NCBI GenBank assembly: GCA_965655095.1
Contig: OZ296658.1
Coordinates: 16,864,001 to 16,928,000, forward strand
Length of the DNA stretch: 64,000 nt
From: Haplodiscus bocki
Lineage: Eukaryota
Direction of reading: 5' to 3'
Below, piece after piece: positions 48,972 to 59,794 of the stretch; positions within the stretch are counted from its first letter, which is position 1; every line of letters begins with the position of its first letter. Both the position numbers and the translations under genes were made by a program. Below the pieces are notes generated by a model. The model searched no databases. It was given only the letters and a program-made list of their open reading frames with translations, and had not been told where the DNA came from.

Positions 48972-51900
48972 TAATGTCAGGACCGTGTGGGCTGTAAGTT
49001 TTTCGTGACTTGTGGAGGAAAGGTGGGCAGCCTCGCCAGCCTACGTTCGGTGAGCTTGGTGCAACTGATATTGCGGCCCGTTCGTCCTCGCTCCGCTACG
49101 TTGCGATTCGCTCCGACTGATTGCAATAACTTATGGAGGCCCATTTTTCAGTGTGCTTATAGATTGACCCACTTTTGTTTTTGTTTATTGAAACATTACG
49201 ATGTAGCCCAATGCAAGCGGTCTGTCGCGTTTCGTCAACGCTGAACGTCAGTGTTCTGAATTCACCGTGGCGGTCTTAAGTCACCACACGACAAATTGTT
49301 TTGAAGTTATGAGCGAAGGTTCCGGGCACCAAAAAAATTCAAGTCCAGAGTTTTTTTCAACTAGGCAACTTTGTTGCCATTGTTAGGATCCCGTGGGGAT
49401 GTCTAAACGGTGACACGAGCGTCATTTTTATTGCTTTATCGACCCAATGCTTGGCACATGCGTTCCGCTTTCGTTCCCATACACGCGGGTGAGAAACGTT
49501 GTCGGATTGCGCTCATAAGTTGGAGCGCTTCCACCCAATTATATTGATGCGCTTTCATTACAACAGCGGAGCTGAATTCACAGGATGACATTGATTTTTT
49601 GCGTCTGGAAATTTGCAACCGTTCGCCGTCTCCATTGCCCTATGGTCAATTGGAACGGGCTCACCGACTCACCGGAGTTACTCAATCAAACAACAAGTAA
49701 CAGTTCTGTAAATTCACTGATGCGTACAAGTTCCCAACGAATCGTAACAAGTAGTCTTGCTTGAGCACAAGACTTCGAAATGACGGAAGATTCCGAAAAC
49801 GATGTACTCAACTGCCCTAACCCCGTTTTGTTAAGGTTGCATAACGCCCTCGTGGTGAAAAATCACATTAAAGTGGTCATCGTGAACTTGTTCCATTGGC
49901 GTCTTTCGAAAAAAACGCATAGGTTTAGGACTAATTCGTTTTCCTACAAACATAAATGTAGGACCATTTATCTCAAACAAGGAAATGAATTAAATAAACA
50001 ACGTGTAATGGTCGGCTGGGCCCAACTACTACGTACTAGGTGTCCGTAGAAGCCAAAATACTTTGATTGAGCAGAATTTTTCGACATATCTTTGAATTTC
50101 GTGACTTAATGACTGAAAATTGAAACAGCAACGTTTACACAAATGATGAAACTTTTGACCCGACTGAGGATTTTATGACAACTACTAAAGAAGACAAATC
50201 TGATGACGCATCTCAGCAACCTGCAGCGATGTTACTGTGTATGCAAATTTTTTAGCTCAGAGACATTTCAGCTTTGAGTTGCCAATTAGTTGATCCGTTG
50301 GTTAAAAAGTGTTGACTTTCGAACAAAATATAAGCTAAAAGTTGTATTTCTCAATGAAAGGCCCTGCCTGATCAATACATGAAGCAGAAATACGCATCGC
50401 AGAAATAAAATCTAATTTGATAGCATTTTTTAGAGGAGCGTCAAAGTAATGGCAGTTTCCATCTGAATATTTGAAGACTCTCAATATTTGCCTTTAAACC
50501 CAATGTGAAAACTTTAAAAATTTCGAGAAACACACACATTGAATCTTGGTGGTAAAGAGTGAGTCAAAATTTTCGAAACACACGACACGCACTTGAAATA
50601 AAACCGGTATTAGAAGATTAAGCTTGACGCTCAGACCACAAATTTTCTTTTCCAAGCACAGAGCTGATGTAGCGGGAAGTAACCAGTTTTGCGCCACTAG
50701 TTTACTTCTTCTGAAAGTTTGAAAAAGCTCAATGTAGATCTTCGGAAAAAAGGCTGCACTAAGTAGAATCAGCATTAATTTTCGTGTTTATCACTAGAGT
50801 ATTAAAAAGTAATCAAGTTAATATGCCACACGATAATCTACACTACTGACTGAGGGGATATAAACAAAGTACTATGTCAAAACATAAATTCACAAAATTG
50901 TCACTGTCGGGGACCAATTTTCGGACAATGAAAACTGTTATCATGATTCAGTGATTTTTTAAACATCATTGTTTTCAATAAAAGCAAGCTTGCTGGGAAA
51001 ATGATTGACTGATTTTCAGGATTGTCCCGAATAAAAAAGTGAACCGTAAAATCCATCACAAAGACAGACAATTAATGTCGGTTGGCACCTTTACGGTATC
51101 GTTTATTGACATGCAATTATGTCATCTATGGACGCATACAAATGGCACCTGAATCTTTTTTGCGTTGAAATAAAATCAAAGAAAAATGCAAAGGAAATGT
51201 ATAGCATACTCCAGAATTTGAGTGGAAAAATTGAGAAAGAGCACGAAAAAAAAACAAAAAAATAACAGATGGCTTCAATGGAGCTGAAGAGCGAGTGGGC
51301 CTACTTTTTTGGGGTTTTGCCGGACACGGTTTTTGAAAAAAATCAAAAGCTGAAAAATGAATTCCTAAAAACAACTTGTGTTGCCTTCAAAAAAAATTTA
51401 GAAAAAAACTTAAACTTTTTTCAACAAGTTAATTGCCCCAAAATTTTGGCAAAAGTGTACAAACTTTTTACTGAAAAAAATCGTCAGCAAGTTTTTTTTA
51501 CAAAAAGCAGCCACAGGGACCATGTGCTTCACTTGTTAGCGCTCAATTAAACTTTGGACTGAAAATTAAAGAGATAACTGAGCTTTTGTAAATTTAACGG
51601 CGATACGCATCCTGTGAAATTTTTCGAAAAATTGGAAATGCGAAAAATTGAAAAAAATTGACGCAATCAAACTTATTGCAGCGGGATGGCCACGGAACGC
51701 AGGTTCTTAGCTCATCAAAAACAATTTATTTGAGAGATTTTTGACCGTAAATGAAATTTTTTCCAAAAAAACGGCAAAATCACGCCCAAAAATTCAGAAT
51801 TCTCAATGAAGAACAACTTTTTAGCCAAAATTCCAGCAGGAACAAGTGATTTTTTCATCGAATCAGTGCCGCATGCAAAAAAATAGCCAAATCGTAAGCT

Positions 51901-52013
51901 AAGTTTTCGAAATCGTGCTCACTGGCACACATGGCATATGTGTTACTAAAGGTCTCGGCACGGGGCCCCTACGCCGGCCTCGTAATGTAAATTGGGCGAA
52001 ACCCCAAACCAAC
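48972..52013. mobile_element. Non-autonomous 3.0-kb unit (3042 bp)
   Basis: About 200 bp near the left end resembles the 2.1-kb family. The right end has GCCGCATGCAAAA, GGGGCCCCTAC, hairpin TTGGG-CGAAAC-CCCAA and CCAAC. No convincing coding sequence. Confidence 0.75.
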
Positions 52014-55000
52014 AAGAATGACGACGCGGTGCGGCAAGTAGGGCTTTATTGTCGACGAAAGGCGGGCGGCCCCGCCCGCCTACGGTCAGGTGAGCGTGGT
52101 CCAACGGGTATTGCGGCCCGTTCGACCTCGCACTCGCTCCGCTACGCTGCGCTCCGCTCCGCCTGAGTGCGATGACTTATACAGGCCCGCTAGTCTGTTG
52201 ACTGTACTTACAGGTTGACGCAACTAAGAATTGGTTTGATGCAACATCGAAATGTAGCTTTATCAATGCGCTCTGCTAACTCCCAATACTGTTTATCATA
52301 AAGCAGTAGCAGTTGCTACTAGAGACATTTGGAATTGGATAGGGTAGAGAAAATATCTCAGTTCAACTTTCCATTTGATTGAAGAAATTGGAAAATTGAC
52401 AATGAAGAGAGAGTTTGGCCCGCAGAATTGGTCACCCGAGGCGACCAAATCTGCGGAAATTGTTCTTGCCGATGGAATATTACTGCCACAAAGCAGATAC
52501 GATACTTGGCTGCTGAAAAACCCATGATTTTGTAACCAGTTTTTTGTCCCAGTTTTACTAGCCTAAAGATGGTCAGAGGCTCGAGGTATAGATACAAATA
52601 TTTCAAAAACATCGGTCTTTAAAGAAGTTTCAGCTGTGGATTCCTTTAAGACATGGTTCAACTGTGAAATGCTGGATATCCCAAGGTTTTTAACTCAGAG
52701 TGCAAGGTTTTTCAACTATCTAATACTCGCTTTGAAAAGAAAAATCTCATTTTTTTCACTTCAGTTTTAATGCGAAAATGTTGTTTAAGGTAGCAGTAAA
52801 TATTCAGTTCCCATCATTAGTTCGATCCCAGGGAACACTTCTTTAGGACACTAAGTAAGAGGATAAAGGTTAAAAGGTAGCAAGTTTTGACATGGTTTTG
52901 AAAGGAGAAACAAATCGACGAAAGCTTATGTTGTGTATCATGAAATCCAATTGTTTGCAAAAATGGACAGCAAAAACATTTCCAAAACCTCCAAAAATCT
53001 CTCTTACATTTTCTGATTTGGCTGCGGCGCATACTCAGTTATCTGAGGCGTCGCTCAATTGTTGTTGGTTTAGTTTAAGCCACCGCTTCTGGTAGTGAGG
53101 GAAATGATTGTTGACAAACCAACAACTGGGCGCGGTCAAGTTGGAGGAATATCATGTTAATATGTGAAGTAGTCAGCAGTTTGGCAATTCCGGTAATAGC
53201 AGGCACCAGAGTATCATGTTTGGCTGGTAAAGCAATGATAACATCATACATTTTTACATGTGCGTTCTGACGTCCACGTCCAAATTTTTGAAACTTTGAT
53301 GATTTTTAAAAATTCAAATGTCTAGAGCACAAAATATTTAAGCATAAACCACAAAAAAAAGTAAAAAAGAACGCAAGTTTTCTATAGCAACGTGCTACTT
53401 GTGGTACTCTTATACGTCTGCAGACACTCCTGTCCAAAAAACTTGAAACTATCATGGAAACAAGACACAAAAAAAGAAAAATTCGATGCAGTTATGACCA
53501 AACGATGTCAATAAACAGAGAACTTTTTCAATTTGCAGGCAAAAAAGACCCCGGATTTCCTGCCAAATGGATTTGCCGGGACTGTATTCGGCCAGGGGTT
53601 ACCCCCTGTGAGGGTCAAAAGGAAAAAAAATAGGCGAAATTGGCAAAGACAAGGAAATGATTTCTTGATTGGCGCCAGAAAAAGGGCCATATCTCGCGCA
53701 CTTTTTTTTTGTAAAGACACTAAAAAAACATCAGCCGACGCCCAACAAAGTGCCGAACAAAACATGTCTGCTATAACTAGGCACTCCGAGCAACCCAATT
53801 TGAGATATTTGCCGTCAAAGTCAAAAAATTCCCGTTTTTGCATCTCTGGGACCGAAAATCGCGTTTTTGGTCAACAAAGTCGTCGATTTGGGCAAAACAT
53901 CAGCAGGACAAAGTTCCTAGAATGTACCCGGAAGGCCGTGTGCCAAATTTCAGCCGAATCTGTTGGAAACTTTTCAAAATCGTCTAAATTTACCCCCTAG
54001 CTGCCTAGTATAAATGCTTCGCCCTTTTTTCTATAACGCTTGCACATGGGGCCCTACCCTAGCTCGCAGCATTATTTTTTTGGTAAAACCCGACCACCAA
54101 GAATGACGGCGCGCATAAAAATTAGGGCTTCATTATCGACGAAAGGCGGGCGGCCCCGCCCGCCTATGGTCAGGTGAGCGTGGTCCAACTGGTATTGCGG
54201 CCCGTTCGACCTCCGATCAGTCGGAGCGGAGCGGAGCGCAGCGATGACTTATGGAGGCCCGCTAGTCTGTCGACTGTACCAATTTTTTGTTGCAACTAAG
54301 AATTGGTTTGATGAAACATCTAAATATAGCTTTCTCAATGAGCTCTGCTAACTTCCAATACTGCGTATCATAAGACAGTAGCAGGTGCTACTAGAGACAT
54401 TTGTAATTCGATACGGTAGAGAAACTATCTCAGTTCAACTTTCAATTTGATTGAAAAAATTGGAAAAATGACAATGAAGAGGGAGTTTGGCCCGCAGATT
54501 TGGTCACCCGAGGTGACCAAATCTGCGGAAATTGTTGCTGCCAATGGAATATTACCGCCATAAAGCAGACACGATACTTGGCTGCTGAAATACCCATGAG
54601 TTTGTAGCCCGCTTTTTGTCCCAGTTTTATTAGCGTAAAGATGGTCAGAGGCTCGAGGTATAGATACAAATATTTCAAAAACCTCGGTCTTTAAAGAAGT
54701 TTCAGATGTGGCTTCCTTTTAGGCAGGGTTCAACTGTGAAATGCTGGATATCCCAAGGTTTTTAACTCAGAGTGCAAGGTTTTTCAACTATCTAATACTC
54801 GCTTTGAAAAGAAAAATCTCAATTTCTTCACTTCAGTTTTAATGCGAAAATGTTGTTTAAGGTAGCAGTAAATATTCAGTTCCCATCACTAGTTTCAGCC
54901 CAAGGAACACCTCTTTAGGACACTAAGTAAGGGGATAAATGTTAAAACGTAGCAAGTTTTGACATTGTTTTGAAAGGAGAAAAAAATCGACGAAAGCTTA

Positions 55001-58000
55001 AGTTGTGTATCATGAAATCCAAATGTTTGCAAAAATGGACAGCAGAATCATTTCCAAAACTTCCAAAAAATCCTTCGTACATTATCTAATTTGGCCGCGG
55101 TGCATACTTAGTTATCTGAAGCGTCGCTCAATTGTTGTTAGATTAGTTTAAGCCACCGCCTCTGGTAGTGAGAGAAATGATTGTTGACAAACCAACAACC
55201 GCGCGCGGTCAAGTTGGAGGAGCATCATTTTAATATGTGAAGTAGTCAGCATTTTGGCAATTCCGGTAATAGCAGGCACCAGAGTATCATGTTAGGCTGT
55301 TAGAGCAATGATAACTTCATACAATTTTAAATGTGCGTTTTGAAGTCCACATCCAACTTTTTTTAAAACTTTGATCATTTTGAAAATTTCAAATGTATAG
55401 AGCACGAAACATTTCATGATAGACAACAAAAAAAGTTAAAAAAACGCAACTTCTCAATAGCAACATGCTACTGGTGGTATCCTTGTACGTCTGCAGACCG
55501 TTCTGTCCAAAAAACTTGAAACTTTCATGGAAGTAAGACCCAAAAAAAAGAAAAATTCGGTGCAGGTATAACTGAACGCTGTCAATAAACAAAAAACTTT
55601 TTCAATTTGCAGGCAAAAAAAGACCCCGGATTTCCTGCCAAATGGAATTGTTGGGACCAAATTTGGGCAGGGGTTGCCCCCATTTGAATGTCAAATGGAA
55701 AAAAGTAGGCAAAATTGGCAGAGACATCAATTCGATTTTTTCATTCGTGCCTGAATAAATGCCATTTCTCGCCCATTTTTTATCGTAAAAACAACATTTA
55801 CGCCTCAGCCAACGCCCAACGAAGTGCTGAACAAAACATGTCTGCTATACCTTGGCGCTCCGAGCAACCCAATTTGAGATATTTGCCGTCAGATTCAAAA
55901 ATTTCCCATTTTTGCCTCTCCGGGACAGAAAATTGCATTTTTGGTCAACAAAGTCGTCGATTTGGGCAAAACGTCAGCATGATAAAGTTCTTAGAATATG
56001 TCCAGGATGCCGTGTGCCTATTTTCAGCAAAACCTGTTGGAAACTTTTCAAAATCGTTTAAATTTAACCCCCAACTGCCTAGTATAAATGCTCCGCCCTA
56101 TTTTCTATAACGCTCGCACATGGCGCCCTACCCAAGCTCGCGACATTATTTTTTTGGTAAAACCCGACCACCAAGAATGACGGCGCGCGGCAAAGTTGGT
56201 AGGCCTTCATTGTCGACGAAATGCGGGCGGCCCCGCCCGCCTATGGTCAGGTGAGCGTGGTCCAACTGGTATTGCGGCCCGTTCGACCTCGCATTCGCTC
56301 CGTTACGCTGCGCTCAGCTCCGACTGAGTGCGATGACTTATACAGGCCCGCCTGTCTGTTAACTGTACTTATAGGTTGACGCAACTAAGAATTGGTTTGA
56401 TGCAACATCGAAATGTAGCTTTATCAATGCGCTCTGCTAACTCCCAATACTGTGTATCATGAAACAGTAGCAGGTGCTACTAGAGACATTCGTAATTCGA
56501 TACGGTAGAGAAACTATCTCAGTTCAACTTTCAATTTGATTGAAAAAATTGGAAAAATGACAATGAAGAGGGAGTTTGGCCCGCAGATTTGGTCACCCGA
56601 GGTGACCAAATCTGCGGAAATTGTTGCTGCCAATGGAATATTACCGCCATAAAGCAGACACGATACTTGGCTGCTGAAATACCCATGAGTTTGTAGCCCG
56701 CTTTTTGTCCCAGTTTTATTAGCGTAAAGATGGTCAGAGGCTCGAGGTATAGATACAAATATTTCAAAAACCTCGGTCTTTAAAGAAGTTTCAGATGTGG
56801 CTTCCTTTTAGGCAGGGTTCAACTGTGAAATGCTGGATATCCCAAGGTTTTTAACTCAGAGTGCAAGGTTTTTCAACTATCTAATACTCGCTTTGAAAAG
56901 AAAAATCTCAATTTCTTCACTTCAGTTTTAATGCGAAAATGTTGTTTAAGGTAGCAGTAAATATTCAGTTCCCATCACTAGTTTCAGCCCAAGGAACACC
57001 TCTTTAGGACACTAAGTAAGGGGATAAATGTTAAAACGTAGCAAGTTTTGACATTGTTTTGAAAGGAGAAAAAAATCGACGAAAGCTTAAGTTGTGTATC
57101 ATGAAATCCAAATGTTTGCAAAAATGGACAGCAGAATCATTTCCAAAACTTCCAAAAAATTCTTCGTACATTATCTGATTTGGCCGCGGTGCATACTTAG
57201 TTATCTGAAGCGTCGCTCAATTGTTGTTAGATTAGTTTAAGCCACCGCCTCTGGTAATGAGAGAAATGATTGTTGGCAAACCAACAACTGGGCGTGGTCA
57301 AGTTGGAGGAGCATCATGTTAAATTGAAAAATAAACAGCAGAACGGTATTTTTGGTAAAAGCACGCCCCGGAGTATCTTGTGAGGTTAATGAAGCCTTGC
57401 AATAAATGCACTGCAAAAAAATTGTTTTAATGATCCAAATTAATTATTCTTTGAAGACATCTGTAAATTTGTAAACTTCAAACGAATGCATCACAAAAAA
57501 TTCGTTAAAAAAACAGAAAAACGAAAGGTTCCCAACTTCCCAATGCAACATGCTACTTGTGTTACTGCTGAACTTACGTGGATCGTTGTGCCCGAAAAAG
57601 ATGAACTTTTAATAATGTGAGGACGTAAAACTAAAAGCTTGCTTGCACCTATACGAGAACGATATCAGTAAACAAAGAACTTTTTCAATTTGCAGGCAAA
57701 AAAAGACCCCGGATTTTCTGCCAAATGGATTTGCCGGGACTGTATTCGGCCAGGGATTACCCCCTGTGAAGGTCAAAAGGAAAAAAATAGGCGAAATTGG
57801 CAGAGACAAAAAAATGATTTCTTGATTGGCGCCAGAAAATTGGTCATATCTCGCTCATTTTTTTTCGTAAAAACACCAAAACTACATCACCTGACGCCCA
57901 ACAAAGTACCGAACAAAACATGTGTGCTGTAGTTTGGCGCTCCGAGCAACCCAATTTGAGATATTTGCCGTCAAATTCAAAAAACTCCCATTTTTGCCCC

Positions 58001-58254
58001 TCCAGGACCGAGAATTGCAATTTTCATCAACAAAGTCGTCAATTTGGGCAAAATGTCAGCAGGACAAAGTTCTTAGAATGTGCCCAGGAGGCCGTGTGCC
58101 AGTTTTCAGCAACATCTGTTGGAAACTTTTCAAAATCGTCTAAATTTACCCCCCAGCTGCCTAGTATAAATGCTCCGCCCTTTTTTCTCTAACGCTCGCA
58201 CATGGGGCCCTAACCAAGCTCGCGACATTATTTTTTTGGTAAAACCCGACCACC
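52014..58254. mobile_element. Three tandem 2.1-kb non-autonomous units (52014-54098, 54099-56172, 56173-58254)
   Basis: Each starts AAGAATGACG, followed by a TAGGGCTT-like motif and a GGCGGGCG/CGCCCGCC-type hairpin. Each has a GCTCC microsatellite and a 17-bp-stem palindrome, and ends with a GCCCTA motif...GACCACC. Confidence 0.87.
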
Positions 58255-58609
58255 CAGGAACACAAAAAGCAATTTCCAGAACAATAGAACTTATTAAAAA
58301 ATATATTGGACTCCGAGCCCTCATCATATGCATGAGTTAATTTCTGATAAAAACGACGATTCTTTAAACAAAAAAACTTTAAAAGTTTCCGCAGGCAAAA
58401 GAATTAATATGGAAGCAGTAAATTTAATAAAGAAAAAGTGATGAATTATTATTAATTCACGGAGGGAAAAGAACTCTCTAGACTCCTACTGAACAGTTAA
58501 CTTGAAGACCAACAATAAATTCTTTCGAAAAACTCTTCCTCACGCCCCGCACTGAAGATAGCCGAAAACAAAAGAGATCGCAAACTAGTAGAAGCACAAA
58601 GATTTTACA
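58255..58609 (+). repeat. Right part of the Gypsy 5' LTR
   Basis: Contains AATAAA and ends TTTTACA immediately before the TGG of the primer-binding site. Confidence 0.65.
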
Positions 58610-58623
58610 TGGTGACAGGAAGG
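58610..58623 (+). promoter_or_regulatory. Primer-binding site, tRNA-Leu-like
   Basis: TGGTGACAGGA directly after the LTR-terminal CA and 38 nt before the gag ATG. It resembles the Leu PBS TGGTGTCAGGA with one mismatch. Confidence 0.65.
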
Positions 58624-58647
58624 AAGTGAGGAAAAGAACAAACAAGA

Positions 58648-59794
58648 ATGGCAGCTGCAAACCCTCAACGCCACATTACACTCAACACTTTCTTCGGAAA
58701 ATCAGACGAGAATTGGCCAGATTTTAACTTTACTCAGGAGTCTATTCAACGTTGGAAATATCGCAGCAGGAAACCAACCTCAACTCCTACAACTTCATTT
58801 ACTGGACCAGGCCTAATAGTTCTTCAGAACTTTACCACAACCAACTGGAGACTTCTTCAACCATTTAACTTCTCAATTACAGCCCTCAAAAATCACTATT
58901 GTAACACAAACATCAGGGAACTACAAAAACTTCAAATCCAGAAATTGAAGTTCGACCACAAAACAGGTAATCCAGAAGATTTTTCTGGTATAAGTTCAAA
59001 TAGAGGCAAGACAAGCTGACCCTGACCCAGTATTTGCCCCAATTGCAAACCCACCAGGCGATCAAGCCGAAATGGACAGAGTAGCATCAGCTCAACCAGC
59101 AAACCACGTAACCCTAAACAATGCGGTGAATGAAAGAAACAGGAGAATCAAAGAAATCTTCACAAATGCAATGCCAAATTTTATCAAAAGAACACTGTTG
59201 GATCGAAATGAAGCAGCAACAGTACAAGACCTATGTACAGGGGCTAGGAGACAAATGGTTTTCTTCGCACGATGCCCAAGTGACGAATGGTCGAGAGATA
59301 CATTCAACGAGGTAAACTCATCACTTTCACAAGACTTAGTACGCGCACTAACAAAACTTAGACAACAACAAGATGAACCAAAACAACAACAAACTGACCT
59401 TTCAAACAGAAATAGTTCGCTGAACAATCCAATCATCAAACACCTAATCAGGACTACATCAGAAGCAACCAAGCACAGTACAGAGGTAGCAATAGGTTCA
59501 AGAACTCGCGAGAATTCCGAGGACATGGAAACTTCAACACAGGACGCGGCAGATTCAATAATCACAGAGGATATTACGGCATACACTACAACAGGTTCAA
59601 CAACCCACATATACAACAATCTTCGAAAAACGGACCTATCGCACAGACAAATTACCCAAAACAAGATTGCTACACTTGCGGATACCGAAATCAATATGCG
59701 AGGGACTGCAATCAGAGAAAATCAGCAAACCGAAATCAACATATCCCTTACCACACAGCACCAAAAAACGAATAGAGCCACGCCAGTATCATGA
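58648..59794 (+). pseudogene. gag: Gypsy gag remnant
   Basis: ATG at 58648, frameshifted ORF pieces, an RG-rich stretch and a degenerate zinc knuckle CYTCGYRNQYARDC at about 59668-59709. Confidence 0.75.

Larger units (their letters stand above)
6712..58254. mobile_element. Composite head-to-tail array of 13 Helitron-like (Helentron/Helitron2-type) rolling-circle elements
   Basis: Junctions fall after CCACC (or CCACT/CCAAC) at 6711, 20026, 26263, 32511, 38715, 39733, 40735, 41733, 42732, 48971, 52013, 54098, 56172 and 58254. Each unit start has about 26-33 nt, then a GGCTTT-like motif and a hairpin. Each unit end has a hairpin before CCACC. Confidence 0.85.

Noticed and set aside
20000-58254. 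CRISPR-like reading of conserved junction motifs flanking ~30-nt variable segments
   Set aside because: Junctions are 1-13 kb apart, the variable segments recur by family and pair with the element's other end, there are no cas genes, and the context is eukaryotic.
20027-58254. Dozens of 60-210 aa ORFs inside the repeat units
   Set aside because: No recognisable domains, they occur on both strands, and starts, stops and frames differ between copies. Only the two ORFs in the 34385-36327 insert look genuine.
6712-58254. Unit lengths close to integer multiples of about 1.0-1.04 kb (1.0, 2.08, 3.04, 6.24, 13.3)
   Set aside because: Only five classes and a loose tolerance; cannot be separated from coincidence without a genome-wide length distribution.
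58250-58257. CCACCCAG at both array borders as an 8-bp target-site duplication of a DDE transposon
   Set aside because: CCACC is present at internal junctions too, no DDE transposase or terminal inverted repeat bounds the array, and HUH elements do not make TSDs. The extra CAG match is treated as boundary ambiguity.
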